Source: Octopus bimaculoides
Lineage: Eukaryota
Assembly (NCBI RefSeq): GCF_001194135.2
Contig: NC_068995.1
Span: 54,522,807 to 54,586,806 of the forward strand
Reading direction: 5' to 3'
Length of the DNA: 64,000 nucleotides
This document shows positions 24,161 through 38,639 of the stretch, piece by piece. A program made the position numbers and the translations under genes. Every line of letters starts with the position of its first letter. Position 1 is the first letter of the stretch. Under the pieces are notes generated by a model. The model made no database searches and was not told the DNA's origin. It worked only from the letters and a program-made list of their open reading frames with translations.

Positions 24161-27100
24161 CTTCGATTCATTTAACCCGAAGCACTAACGAAACATTCTT
24201 GCTATAATTGAAATAGCAGAAGCGCAGCAGACACCTTATGATTGCAGTGAATTAAAGAATAGAGCATATATCTGACTATGTTTAGAAATATACACTAATA
24301 ACATCATTAATTCCTGGAATGAACCGCATGGAGATATAAACCCAATTTAAAGAATATCCCGTATTATTTTGCAAATATTTCAGGAACATAAGAAGTAAAG
24401 GAAAGAAAGAAGATGAGGAAATGTATGAAAAATGGTTAAATTAACAATAAATGAATAAAAGGAATCCTTCTGCAAGGCTCATCAATTGGATATGATAGAT
24501 AAATACATCCAGATTAATTAATGAAATAATGGAAATAAATTAACAGAGTATGTGAATATTCTATTGGATGAAAATAACATAAAATCAGAATTTGGATTCT
24601 GGCGAATTATCTCTGTCTTAATAAATTTTATATCAAATATGATGCATTGCAATAACCGAAATATATTCCATCTGGTACAAATTTGTATCACATGAATTTT
24701 AGACGTTATGAAGTTACATACAAATAGATGAGTGTGTGTGTGTGAGCGCGAGTGAGTGCGCGCGCGGTTCGTGTCATGCAGATAAATACGTCACTATATG
24801 TTTATAGTTAATGGATTACTAAATGATCATGAAGGCATAGAAAGACTATGGTCGATTAAATGTGGAGAAAGGAATCTTTACTTTGTACCATCTACACGTT
24901 CTTAGCTTATGATTTTCTAAAACTACTCTAACATGGTCTTAAAAAATACACGGCTGCTATGATGAAATTCTACTTCATAAGAGATGTTCTGTATGGCAGT
25001 AAATATGACTCAAGAACGGTATAACAACCAATTTGTTTATCTATATTTTTATACTAATTATTTACATGTTCAGCTGAAGGTAAATTTCGAAGGATAAATG
25101 TCTAGTATCTAGTTTTTGCTCCATAAATGCCTGTGATTTCTCAGTAAGTTAGACAATAGTTCAAATACAAATGAAATATTTTTATCAGCAAGATGTAAAG
25201 CATATCCCTATTTTTTTAATGATGGGAGAATTACACTACTATCATATGATCCTTATTTGTTCTTGATCAACTTATGCCCATTAAATATTTTCATAATTTA
25301 GAAAGCACAAAATAGAACGTTATGGTATCGTATGATTTTGTGCACTATCTGCTCATGATAAGCCACCGTAACAAAATTATAGAATTTATCATTTCTAGTT
25401 TAAACATTAATTTTAGATTTAGACTGTGTACATGATAGATTAAATATGGTGGCTTTTACGTTATATTTCAAAATATGAGGAATTGTCTGTCTTACGGAAT
25501 ACACGTTGTGTTTTTCGTCTTTACTGTACGTGTTCAATTTCCTCTGTGGTTAGACATTAAAGTCCCTCTGGAGATGATTACAGTTGACTATACATCACGG
25601 TCGATATAATCGATTTCATCCTTCTTTATAAATATTGGTCTGATGCTTGCAGAATAAATCGATATTACTATTTACATTTCTAGTAATAATAACTGTATCA
25701 TTACATTACTTCAACATATTTTGTACGTAATTAAGAGAAGTGACGTCAATCAGAATAGACGTCCGTAGTAAATTAATTAGTCTACTCAAATATCTGAGTA
25801 CGCAGAATACATGCGTAAACACAGCGCATACATACACACACTTACATCATTACAGACACAGTCACTCCACTCCATGCCATGCACAACCTGCACAGCATAC
25901 ATGCGTACATACACGCTCAAACATAAGTCAATATGCGGACACACATGCACATATACGTTTTGACAATTTTAGCATGGTGGAAAGCACTCGTCCGAAAGGT
26001 ACGAAATTTGAATTTCTGTGAATCTAGAAGTGATTAACAATGCTTATTTTTATGTACGGTGCTTCCTATTTCTTTATAGATTCGTTTTTTTTATTTATAA
26101 AAAAAAAGCACACAAAACCCCCCACTTTTTTGATAATATTACTTTCAGATTTTACTATGCATTTTGGTACAAACAATAACGTAATAATGCTTAAAAATTG
26201 TTTATCTTTTGTTATCTGTTCAGAGATAGTGAAATATGGCGAACAGTGATGGAGATTAAGAAAATCGAAGGAAAAAACGAAGAGTAATGCTGCATAATAG
26301 TATGGGAATTACTTCACGAATAGCTGCTAGATTTCCGAATGCGATACGGTTGTCTACAACTGGAGATAAGACCAAATGTTATTTTCTAAGTGAGCACAGA
26401 GAGGACGTTGTTGATGGAGAAAACTATGGGAGTGAGTTATATATAGGAAAATAAAGGAAGATTACGGTTTGAAGATAATCGGGTAATTTAGATAATCTAA
26501 AGTGATCTGTGTAGAAATTGGTCCTACCAGGTTAACGGGATAACAGCTCTCAGCCGCTGGGTTAATTCTAACTATTCACCAAATTGTTAATTTGTTTTTC
26601 TATACATTGCATACTTCCCGCGTGGGCACTATTTTACAATCATCATCATCCTAGGTTGGTATATGCGCGCGCTTATGTGTGTAAATATGCTTCATTACTT
26701 TTGAACGCTAGAATACATCCATTTGGTTACCAACAAATACATGTCTCCTTCATTGTAAACTTCGTAGCAACAGTGATATTTGCTACATGTTGATCTCTAG
26801 AAAATTTGCATATTCTTCCTATTCGATTTACAAATGGTAAATGTTAATTAACAAGTCTCTTTCGTGCGTAAATACCCGAGCATTTTTCAGAAGACATATC
26901 CAAGTGTCCCAATAACATTTTATACTGATAGAATTATATATTTTTGGTGTATGAACTGTAATTTGCTAAGTAGTTGTCCATATATGCATTTTCTGCTGAT
27001 TCTGGATGAGATTATTAGATTTGTAGGGCATCTAAATCCAGTGAATATGCACGATATACTTTCCTATCACAAACATCTATTTCAGGGATTATATATTATC

Positions 27101-27261
27101 ATTTGGTGGCAGAATTGATGTCAAAGTTCCACAAATATCAATTTATATACGTATTGAATAGCAAGTGTGTTGTTTATATTCAACTCAAAGAAATCGTTTC
27201 TGCGGATGGCATTGTACGTTGTTTTCGTAAATAAATCGTGTCTTAATGGGACTAGACTCAC

Positions 27262-27352
27262 GATGAGATGTTTTCGGCAGCTGCTGAACGATCTTCTTAA
27301 TTCACAAAACCATCCGCATGCAAGAATATTTTCTGCAGTTGATATCGTTTCT
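27262..27352 (-). CDS. candidate coding exon (phase 2 to 0): ETISTAENILACGWFCELRRSFSSCRKHLI
   Basis: Strong donor ATC|gtgagt, weak acceptor taactttgtaag|A; open frame; phase-compatible with 28842-29013. No homology evidence. Confidence 0.2.
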
Positions 27353-28773
27353 CTTACAAAGTTATTCTTGTATTTTGTGTCATCAGTAATCATTATGAAA
27401 ATTAAGATACATGTACTTATTGACATTTTCATTATTGCTATTAATAATACTTTCATTATTATGACAGCATAGTTTTATTGAATAAATTAATTTTTGATTG
27501 TTTTCCTTTTGTACTTTTTATTTACTGAATGAGATAGATTTTAAAAGCAGGTGATTTATATATTCTTCATAGAAGAAATCGTATTTGACATTAGCAGACT
27601 AAACAAAATCAAATCAAAAATAAAATTATATATTGCTTTGATGATAATTTTAAATAACCCATCATTCCTGTATATTTTTTACTTGTCACAATAATAATAT
27701 TGTTTTAATGCCAAAGCCTATCACCCAGTTCTTTTTTCATAACAGATGGATCCGTCTCTACTCCTCTTTCACATTCTATTCTACTGCTGTATCTTCTCGC
27801 TTCGAAAGATAACTTTATCTTTCATTGATTGATGACAGCGTAACTTTACATTTCGAGCTATTTTGGATGTGCTTGTTGTTCGGGTTTTCATTGTTGAATT
27901 TAAAAAACTTTTGTTGTTATTGTTGTTGTTGTCCCTTTTCCTTACGTTTTTATTATTATTTTCAAATTCCTTCTTTCGTCTCATTTGATTAGACTTATTT
28001 CTATAAATTGCACATACTTACTTTCAATATATTTTTGTGAAGGTCGTTAATTCTCACTAGCCATGCGTAAAATATTCAAACGAATACGAAGCCCTTAAAA
28101 CACTCAAGAATTTCCATTCGGAAAAGAAAAAAAATAACAAGCAAACGTATCTAATCAGATAATACTTGATAAATTGTGCAGGAATGAGAAATAAATAAAA
28201 CTAATAAAGGCAAAAGCAACAACCTTAAGAACATAAACGTTCATTCCTGTAATACATTAAAAACAATGCATAAAGTGACGATTTATTTATATGCACGCAC
28301 ATACGAATACACATACATATACATACATATGTCGACATATCGACGATAATGTATCCGTATAGTTATATTTTGTATGTGTATATGTGGGTGTGCGTGTGCA
28401 AGCATGGCAAACCGTTCGTGTGTATTAATGCACGTGTATATAGTTGTTTGTAATTTTAGAAGTTGTGTGTAATATTAAAGCTGTTACTATGTAAGGTACA
28501 AATGACCCCATAAAAATACCAACCAGATTTTTTCGTATTATATGTAATTCAAATTCACACTCGCCAATCAATATCTTGTTGAATACGCATATAAGCGCAT
28601 CTGTAGTTGTAATTACTTCTTTCAGATAAGCAGTGACTTCTACGATTGTATGTTCTATATATTTTATATTTTAATGAGTACAATGTATTACATTACAGAT
28701 ATCAACATGTTGTAAATTAGCAGGGATGCTATAGAAATCAACCTTCTAAATACTACAAATGTAAGACTGCACT

Positions 28774-28804
<31 letters not shown>

Positions 28805-28841
28805 TCCGATGCCGCAAGTTGCTTCAATTATTTCTTGTTAC

Positions 28842-29013
28842 TGGATAATTTTAGACTTGCATTCTGGAAACGATTTCTTGTAGTTGCATTTAACGTTTTT
28901 AGTAATAGCATAGGTAACATTAGGTGTCACATTGGCACTGCGCCCCTTGAGAGGTGTTTTCGTATCATTAACATTGATCATAACATTGATAACAGAGTGC
29001 ATAAAAATTCCTA
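28842..29013 (-). CDS. candidate coding exon (phase 1 to 2): GIFMHSVINVMINVNDTKTPLKGRSANVTPNVTYAITKNVKCNYKKSFPECKSKII
   Basis: Acceptor taactttctcag|TA, donor CCA|gtaaca, 56 open codons with many RNY codons and three N-x-T sequons; caveat: the antisense frame is also open. Confidence 0.35.
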
Positions 29014-30632
29014 CTGAGAAAGTTAATTCTTTTATATGTCACATGATATATAGTGTTAAGCTTGATCGAAATTTTAGACGCATAATATATTTGGCTAAAT
29101 TTTCCGACACAAAGTTATTTATTTAATAATGCATAACTTGATACAATAACATGATACATACTGATTTTAACCAATCACTTTAATTTAGACATTTTCCAAT
29201 ACTTTTGAAAAACAAACCAAAAACAAAGACACCACTGTTTAAAACACACAATTTGGAAGACAATTAGCGCGAATAACAGTTAAAATCTCAAAGGAAAAAT
29301 CGCTTCACCTCTGTAAATAATTTGAAGCATGAATGTAAAAGAGACGTAAGATTTGATAGAAGAAATAGAGTTATTGAATATATTAAAGGAGGATGAATCA
29401 AAATTTCCATAAATATGTCAATTACAACGGATAAACTTAGCTCTTGAACTACCAAATGCCGTGGTTTAAAAGGTAATCTTTGACCCGTAACCAGTTTTAT
29501 GCTTTGTATTTATTTAAAGTAAACTTTTCGAAGTGTAAAGACTATATGTATGATGTATACAAATATGAACGATTTAATTTACTTATATTGGTCTGAAAAT
29601 CCTGCTACATCTAACATAATGAGTGACAAAGCATTCACATGAAAACTAAAATTTCTTTCTGATTCAATAAGTTAAAGCCATTTTGAGGTTATAGGAGGAA
29701 GGCATAGACGTTTAGTATCTCATGTACCTGTTCTTCGGAAATATTGACAAAGAGATTCCGAAGTTCCACGTTAATTGAAATTAATAAAAGTAACTAAAAC
29801 GTAAAATCAACTGCGTCGACACGAAAACGGAAACAGACCAGCGGGTTCCATCACGTACTATTTGTATATCATTGATCAAGAATAAAAGAGCTAATGCTTT
29901 GTTTCTTAGAAAACCAGCAATGACCAGGATTTTATGCACGAATACCTTCATAGCATTGCTTTGGAATTTGACATCGGTCATTAAATATAACAAAACGAAA
30001 TCTTAAGACTATAACAATGACTGATTCAGAATTTTGTCAATACCTAGGTTGACTCAACAGAAAGAAAAAAGAAAGAATTATAAAATTAAAAGCCATAGAA
30101 TTCAGTAAAATTTTCCGTTTTTAAAGTATGTAACATTAAAAAAAAAGGATTACAACTTGTCGTCCCTGAGGATATTTTTTGAAGTCATATTATAGGAATT
30201 TCAAAATCAAATGTCAAATTTTGAAATTGGATTTCGCAGGTTTGGATACATGAGATGGAATATAGTCCCCACATATTCTGCCGAATGTGTACTGTTATGA
30301 CTCAACAACTTTTATTACAGCAATATTCACACTCCCCATCATTTCTAATTTCAGGATTGTTACATGTGTTATTTTTAATTCAGAAATAGAATGTTTTCTG
30401 GAAGGAGCTACGTAGAATTGTTCACGAATTTATACATTGGCGCGTTTCCATCGAGACAATGCTATTTTAAATGACGGGAAATATGTATAACCGCACAAAA
30501 ATCTTACCAATGGATCGAAATCAAGCATACAGTGTTTATAAAAGAATATCATTTTGCTATGGTCAGATACTTTGCATCATCCTTCATAATATTTAATGCA
30601 GTGAACTGCATTCTCTTATTTACATATTACAG

Positions 30633-30775
30633 AGTAATGTGCGTCCCAGAACGAAAAAACACAATACTGTTAAAGATACATAAAGATATATACACGTGTT
30701 CAAAATCTCTCCGCAGTGAATTTTTTCATTATGCGCATCACAATGGACTTGAACAAATGCTGAATGACATAGATA
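30633..30775 (+). CDS. candidate coding exon (phase 2 to 1): VMCVPERKNTILLKIHKDIYTCSKSLRSEFFHYAHHNGLEQMLNDID
   Basis: Acceptor ttctcttatttacatattacag|A, donor GATA|gtgagt, only one of three frames open. No partner exon or homology identified. Confidence 0.25.
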
Positions 30776-30832
30776 GTGAGTACGCTGAATTAGAATAGTT
30801 ATATAGAATAGCTTATGTGATATATTAATAGT

Positions 30833-30869
<37 letters not shown>

Positions 30870-31202
30870 CTAAGAATAGGTTTGATAATTTTTAACGAAA
30901 TACATTTTTAAATATTACCAAATTGTTAACATAACACACATGGAAGGGAAATTGCGATGAAGAATGTATATAAAAGATATGCAATTTTGTATATCAGTCT
31001 ATAACCATGCAGGAGTGGTATATTAGTGAAGTTGCATCCCATTTATATGTGACGTTCTGTTGAGTTACTACGATGAGAAAATCTGATGGAGACGTCTCCT
31101 TAGATATAATATAAATCGATTTTAGGGGTACTATAATATGAGATACTAAAATACTAAATGCTAAAATACTCTGTCATGTCTTGCTTTATATTCTACAGGT
31201 GC

Positions 31203-31265
<63 letters not shown>
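31203..31265. repeat. (TAA)n microsatellite
   Basis: Directly visible; source of the poly-Ile ORFs. Confidence 0.95.
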
Positions 31266-31267
<2 letters not shown>

Positions 31268-32297
31268 TGGAAAAATACCCAGGTTCGAAATTTCCACAAG
31301 ACACATGGTGAAGGCTGGAGGGTCAACAACAAACAAGATGAGCACAAATATCCGTCAAATGTAAATGATGTAAATAATGTAAATATTTCCTCATTTCTTA
31401 AAAATATAGAACTGCATATGTGGATTGTTGTGGACTTAAACACAAAAAAAAAAAAATCTAAAAATTAATAATGATCTGCGCCAGCAAAATCCATATGTTA
31501 TTGTTCGAAAAGTATAAGTTCCTCTGCAGACGTAAAGGATATACATATGTGCAACCATGCTGCATATAACAAAGAAAGACATATCACTTCAATCAGATTA
31601 TAGTTTCAGTGACGTGAATAATCATTATCTAAACATATGATTCTAGTAAAAATACCAAAAGGTATGGGAGAGAAGTGCGAAATATTGAAATAAACCCAGG
31701 AAATTGATTTTGATTGTTAACATTACAGGGAGAACGACGAATATAGTTGATCGTATCGTAGCCTCCGGTGATGCACAATCAATTCCTGACTGAAAATCAC
31801 GAGATATTACTTAACACGCTTAAATTCTATCATTTGTTGTACCTTCATTAAGAAACACAGTATAATAGTGGTAAACATTATTTTTATCGGAGTGACTTTT
31901 GCTTAAATTTTCTAAGCATCATATTTCCTCGATTGGCTCTAGCTTCTGAAATATTCGAAGTTCCCGTATTAGTAAAGTAGCCAACCTTAACCGTGTGAAC
32001 TCCGATTTGATTTCGTATTATATGCTAAAATATACATTTTTAAAAATTTCATAGCGTAAAGCACCGAACAAATCTGCCATGCCCCCAACCACCACCACCG
32101 AAAAAAAATCAAAATTGGACACAAAATATTTGCTAATATCTAGTGAAATAATATTCTATAAAAATAATGTAGCATTGGCTAATTACGTATATTTAAATAG
32201 ATCAATCGATCTGTAAAGAAAATTTGTTACCATGTTTCTTTTTTTTTTGTGGATAAGCAGGAAATTCATGAAGAATACTCCAATATTAATCTGCCAG

Positions 32298-32436
32298 AAG
32301 GTGGTGAGTTGGCAGAATTGTTAGTACGACAGGTAGAATAATTAATGGCATTTCGTCTATATTTACGTTCTGAGGTCCACTGTGCCTTTCATAAAATAAA
32401 TACAAGGTGAGAACTGGCGTCGATGAAATCGACTTA
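32298..32436 (+). mobile_element. tRNA-derived SINE, internally deleted
   Basis: aaggtggtgagttggcagaattgttagtacg...atttacgttctgag...gcctttcataaaataaatac...ggcgtcgatgaaatcgactta aligns to the 8070-8282 copy. Confidence 0.75.
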
Positions 32437-33993
32437 TTTAAACAATGTTTTCATAATTGACAGGTTTGTAGTTACGGCACTAACTCTCAATAACAAAGAC
32501 ATGACTAAGCCGAGACTTCAGCATTATTCACATATTAGGTAACGATCTAGAATCGTTGATGATTTCATAAATATGGGGAACCAAAAATATATTTTCTGTT
32601 TAGTCTTTCAATGCTCGTGTCAGGGACCGATCTTTAACCGCATTTAAACCAATTATTGTCAAAATGTTTAGCAAATTACTTCAGCAATGTTGCAAGAATA
32701 ACTTAAAAGATTAAAATATGTGAATAAAATGCCTGTTGCATAGGTGAACAAATATATTGATAGAATGCAATTATTCAGTAATATCATCTGTTGAACGTTT
32801 TTACCTGTGTTTGGGGCTTGTCAAAGAAATATGGCCCCCAAATAAAGTTAATTTTACCATTCAAGCGACTTGTCCATCTGATTTAGAAAACAGCCTTGCA
32901 TATTATATTGGCACACCATCATCATTTTAGTAGAAGCATAATTTAAAGAACAAGAACTGAACTGCTGCGTCCATTTTTGGATTCAGCTCCAACAAATTGT
33001 AATAAATTTATTCGGATATTGATGGCAAACAAATTGAAACAAAAATGAAGCAAAAATGCTGGTTGGTAAGTGTAATTGATAAAATGGTTAAATGGTTGAA
33101 TGAGTCATTGTAATTATTTTGGAAAATATCTCTTCAGAAAAATCCTGCATGTTTAATAGCATAATGAAACGTGATAAAAAAAAAAAACCTTTAAGTAAAT
33201 ACTTTACAACGGCGCCATTCTTTCATTGTACATTAATGTACATCAAGGAGAATCGTTTTATCATTTTAAGTTTGTATAGTTACATCATATTTTACCTTAA
33301 AGATTACAGCATTGAATGGTTACTGGTGCCAGTCATTATACAGCTAAACAATGATAAAATGAAAATAAAACAAAAAGGAAATGAAATATTGCAATATTAT
33401 TAATAATATTTGCTTTCGGCGATCAACTTTCTTAGGAAACATCTGATGAGAAAGGACAGCAGTAAATGATTGCTACCCCTACAGGTGCAACGATATTCAT
33501 TAAAAGATTATTTGTACAGTAACTAAAAAAAGAAAACAACGCGTATTCATACACATATGCATGTATACAAAAAAGCATGATTTATATAGACATGATGTAT
33601 ATACATATGAGTGGGTGCGTGTGTAGGTGTATGTGTGCGTGTGTAGGTGTATGTGTGCGTGTGTATGTATGTATAAACAGTTCATATGTGTATAGTAAAT
33701 GAAGCCACACGGGATGATTGGATTAAACAAGCTAAGAAGTAAAAGACAAGAGTAGATGAATGTTAATTTGACGTAATACCAGACAAAATGGCGGCAGAGT
33801 CAGTTCCTGGTATTTTACTAATGTTATTTATTTTACTTCATGTGATTTACTTCTTTAAAATGTGTATACAACCAGAACCACACACAGACAGAAAAAATTC
33901 GTCTGTGCCATGTATTAGCACACACATACACACACCACACGCACACATACACACACTCACACACACATATATATATATATACATATACATATG

Positions 33994-34029
<36 letters not shown>

Positions 34030-34176
34030 GGGAGAGAGAGATACATGTATATATGTGTAAGAGATTGTTGATTCGTGTGAGCGTAGTTGTGTATAAGTGT
34101 GTATTAGGTTCCCACTTGCGGCATTTCTACATTGATTTAATGCATTGGCTACTCGATGTCTGGTCTAACAATTCAC

Positions 34177-34261
34177 TTGCGTCTAGAAGACTGAGGTGGA
34201 GTAATTACGGAAATGTACGACAAAATCGAGTAAATATTGACACCGTTAAAACAATCATAAA
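34177..34261 (-). CDS. candidate coding exon (phase 1 to 2): YDCFNGVNIYSILSYISVITPPQSSRR
   Basis: Good acceptor tttctgttctactgttcttag|TT, donor CAA|gtgaat; phase-compatible with 36121-36236 but then not directly with 28842-29013. Confidence 0.2.
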
Positions 34262-35252
34262 CTAAGAACAGTAGAACAGAAATCAAGTTTTTTGTTCGCG
34301 GCTATTTAGAACAGAATGTATTTCCTCTCGTCCTCTTTCAATTTTTCTCTCTCTTTCTAAATTACTCCCGTTGTTTTTCTCTCCACATTGAAATATGTCA
34401 ATTAGCATTTCATTCTTTACAGCTACTATACAACTTGTTTTACAGAGCATATTGTTAGTAAATGGAACAGAAATTGCAATGAATGTCGGATATACACACG
34501 TATATACACAGAAGTACACTCAGAGTGTGCATATACATTCACTATATATATATATATATATATNNNNNNNNNNNNNNNNNNNNNNNNNNNNNNNNNNNNN
34601 NNNNNNNNNNNNNNNNNNNNNNNNNNNNNNNNNNNNNNNNNNNNNNNNNNNNNNNNNNNNNNNNNNNNNNNNNNNNNNNNNNNNNNNNNNNNNNNNNNNN
34701 NNNNNNNNNNNNNNNNNNNNNNNNNNNNNNNNNNNNNNNNNNNNNNTATATATATAATATAATATAGGATAAAATCTTTATAAGAATTTATCAAGTAGTC
34801 AGCGTGAAAAAACCTCATAATGAAAAAAACTCATCATTTTTTTCATAAATATATATATATATAGCGTGTCCAATCCTATATGTATCTCTATTTCACACAA
34901 TGTCACACACATCTCTTATAGCTGATAATAATCGCAGTTCTCTGCCGATCACTATTTAGTATACTACTCAAGTAACTATACAATGTGTAACTCGATGACT
35001 TCATGTGAATGTATATGTGCAACAAGCAAACATTGAAAAATACACCTTATATATATATGTTTATAGAAATGTTAAAGCTATAACAAAATAATCTATATAG
35101 GCTTTAATAGAATGAACTAATGAAAACCATATTTTTCAGTTTTAAATGAATGGGGAAACACTACAAATAAATGGAAATCTTAAATATATTTTAGTACTGT
35201 GTAGTTTTTAAATGCGAACATTTTTAAATGCTCTATCAATATATATGTATAT

Positions 35253-35299
<47 letters not shown>

Positions 35300-35992
35300 T
35301 GTCTGTGTACATATGCGCATATCTATACATACGGGCGTGTAACTCTTCTAGCCAATATATATCAGTATATAGTTTAAGTTTTGGCTAAAATCCATAATTA
35401 TATTTTGACGCAGAATAAAGTATTGAAACAAAGCTAGTAACTTCGGCAAACCATACTTCTGCACTTAGTAATAATGAGTTTGTAAGAATAGAGCAGAGTC
35501 TTGTAAAGAATTAGTGATAAGGCACCTGTACAGTATAGGTAAAAATATATGCTTGCGTTTTTAACAATATCTTCTATTATTCCATGAGTGGCATTCGTAA
35601 TTCTTGTTGCTTGTTCAAACTGGATTACATTGGAGTCACATATGACCATGGTGACTAAGATACGATGCACGGAAGATCTGATCTATATCATTACTTAGTT
35701 ATCAAGTAATAATATAGTCAAATAAGATATTGATAATGAAACTTGTTTGATACATGAGTACCACATCCATATATGTATATATATATATATATNNNNNNNN
35801 NNNNNNNNNNNNNNNNNNNNNNNNNNNNNNNNNNNNNNNNNNNNNNNNNNNNNNNNNNNNNNNNNNNNNNNNNNNNNNNNNNNNNNNNNNNNNNNNNNNN
35901 NNNNNNNNNNNNNNNNNNNNNNNNNNNNNNNNNNNNNNNNNNNNNNNNNNNNNNNNNNNNNNNNNNNNNNNNNNNNNNNNNNNNNNNNNNNN

Positions 35993-36039
<47 letters not shown>

Positions 36040-36120
36040 TAGTGACTATCCATGGTTCAATATTGGCCATTGAGGTCATTTCAGCCAATTTTGTTTTCGA
36101 AGGTTGTCACTTGCACATAC

Positions 36121-36236
36121 TTGTAGGTATTTGAAGTGCTACGTCAATGATTTCTTCGAAAGGAATGACAAGCGATTTGGATAGATAGAAATCGTCATCT
36201 GTGACGTTGCAGTCGTTGTCCTCTGAAATCAAACAT
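36121..36236 (-). CDS. candidate coding exon (phase 2 to 1): CLISEDNDCNVTDDDFYLSKSLVIPFEEIIDVALQIPT, uncharacterised protein
   Basis: Acceptor gctttgccatgtttgttccag|A, donor ACAA|gtatgt, only one open frame, strong third-position C/RNY bias (GAC AAC GAC TGC AAC GTC). Best exon candidate in the window. Confidence 0.5.
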
Positions 36237-37311
36237 CTGGAACAAACATGGCAAAGCTTATTTCAAGGCCTTCCCCTAATACAGTGTTTTTCAATATTAT
36301 ATTTCTCTCTGATACTAAAACAATAAAGGGTAGAATAGCGTTGGCATAATTTGAACTCAGAATCCAAACTTTTGGGGATGAATAGTGGGAGACCCTCTAT
36401 ATTGTATTAACTCCAAGAATTAAGCTTCTATACCACACACAAATACACATGCATGTGCACACAAACACAGACATACATACGGCCCCGCCCACACGCACAC
36501 ACACACAAACATATATAAATATATTTCCTTATATACTCCCATCTGCATACATACACATAGAGACATACTTGTATATGTCTGAATAGATAGATGCATGTGT
36601 ATGCATGAATGTAGTGGGGTATGTTCTGCAAATACTTGTGAAGAAATATTATCTGAAGTACCAACGCAACTACTAGGTGATTAAATACAAAGATATATTA
36701 TGCTAAGTAACTATGAACTTATTAAATATTTATCAAATAATAGACACTATTTTTAACATAAATTTAAATACAGATGTTAAAACATACAATACAAATAATT
36801 CGTAAAGTAAATGACAACAAAGACATTTTTACAACGGACAAAACATATACATTAGGAAAATGTAGAAATCAATAACATAATATCAAAAATATAGATAATA
36901 TAAAATATTTCTCTCAATATTAATATTGAATACAAACTGAATATCATGGACAAAGTGTGTAAAAAGTTACTATAGTGTATCAGAAAGTATAAATCTTTGT
37001 TGTTGAGAAATATGATGTACAAATATTTGACAGAATTGCTTTCTCGTTTGGAGTATACATTTGAAAGAGCCAACAAATATACTTGATATTTGTTATTATG
37101 AACAACTTTTCTCAGATAAAATGAATTATTTTCAGAAGCAACTTGATAAATATGTGGAATAGTTTTTACACTGAATTCAAATTGGTTTATGTAATGCTTC
37201 GCTCCTGTTGAAGTATGTTTGCCAAATAGAAAGAAATTGTTAATACTTATTCATATATTTATGCATTTTCAATTTGTTCTTGGTATGAACGTGTAAATCG
37301 ACGCACGATAT

Positions 37312-37357
<46 letters not shown>

Positions 37358-38161
37358 ACATATATATGTATATATATATATATATATGTGTATATATACA
37401 TNNNNNNNNNNNNNNNNNNNNNNNNNNNNNNNNNNNNNNNNNNNNNNNNNNNNNNNNNNNNNNNNNNNNNNNNNNNNNNNNNNNNNNNNNNNNNNNNNNN
37501 NNNNNNNNNNNNNNNNNNNNNNNNNNNNNNNNNNNNNNNNNNNNNNNNNNNNNNNNNNNNNNNNNNNNNNNNNNNNNNNNNNNNNNNNNNNNNNNNNNNN
37601 NNNNNNNNNNNNNNNNNNNNNNNNNNNNNNNNNNNNNNNNNNNNNNNNNNNNNNNNNNNNNNNNNNNNNNNNNNNNNNNNNNNNNACATTTTTACGTTTT
37701 AATAAGACAGTTTACAATCGAAGTTTACTCAATATATTAGGCAGAGTACATATCTGTCATTCTTTAAAAAGTGTAGTATTGACTGTGGCTTCTAAATCTC
37801 AGCCAGTGAAGCCGTCATCGGGTGGTATATGTATACCATATGTCATACTAGTATGCATGCACGCCGGCACGCACACATATATATGTAATATATATGTAAT
37901 AAATCATCAATATTTATGTTGAATCTATGAGTGTACACAAGACAATTTAAAGTGTGTATTTAATTACAGTCTCATGCGTTATATAACTATCGAAATCATA
38001 AAATCTTCGTTTCAGAATTTCTTAAACTACATTTGGCTTTTCCGAAAACTTACAGAATCACTTATGCAGTATACATGATTTACCGTGCAATTATTATATT
38101 GCTGTTTGTACTAAATTCGTAAACCATTCAATGCCGAATATGCAGCTTTAATCTTCCACAG

Positions 38162-38278
38162 GTTACCAGTTAATGCATATACACACTCATCGTGGTATCA
38201 CAGTAATGCCTTGACCTTAATTCTATGCTGTTTGGTTGATTGCAAAGATGCATTTTATCTGTTTGTAAATTGTTTGAG
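38162..38278 (+). CDS. candidate coding exon (phase 2 to 2): LPVNAYTHSSWYHSNALTLILCCLVDCKDAFYLFVNCL
   Basis: Acceptor ctttaatcttccacag|G, donor GAG|gtatga, one open frame; no homology. Confidence 0.2.
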
Positions 38279-38582
38279 GTATGACATTAGATTACTTACT
38301 AGAAAATACATTCTGGTATCCTTAACACAGATGTGATTATTTCTTCGACTATAAACTCAACAAGGCCGTTATTAGGATAATGCTACACTTAACGTAATGA
38401 GTTCAAATCAGCATATATCACAATGCAAATATATTTATTCTTTCAAAATATAATTGTGATCATCAGTAACAATTATTCTCGGTTCTGAACCAGTTTTCTC
38501 ATTCTTCGTGCCAAATTTTTTTTTTTTTTTTTTTTAACGGGAACCAGTTTTGATTTTTTGGTGAGTTGTTTAGGCATCATAC

Positions 38583-38639
38583 CTTTCATGCTGACAGTTG
38601 GTTTTCCAATGGTGTGTTTTGCCTGATTCATAAATGGAT
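38583..38639 (-). CDS. candidate 57-nt coding exon (phase 2 to 2 reading SIYESGKTHHWKTNCQHE)
   Basis: Donor AAG|gtatga, acceptor tttaatattaaacatag|A; symmetric exon fitting between 42376-42559 and 36121-36236; a phase 1 reading is also open. Confidence 0.3.

Noticed and set aside
27746-27830. Acceptor followed by GSVSTPLSHSILLLYLLASKDNFIFH*, a GPI-signal-like terminal exon
   Set aside because: No supporting upstream exons such as a Ly6 CC..D.CN motif; pyrimidine-rich DNA readily gives hydrophobic translations.
36278-36295. CAGTGTTTTTCAA resembling a hAT/Charlie terminal inverted repeat
   Set aside because: No matching inverted partner or 8-bp target duplication was found.
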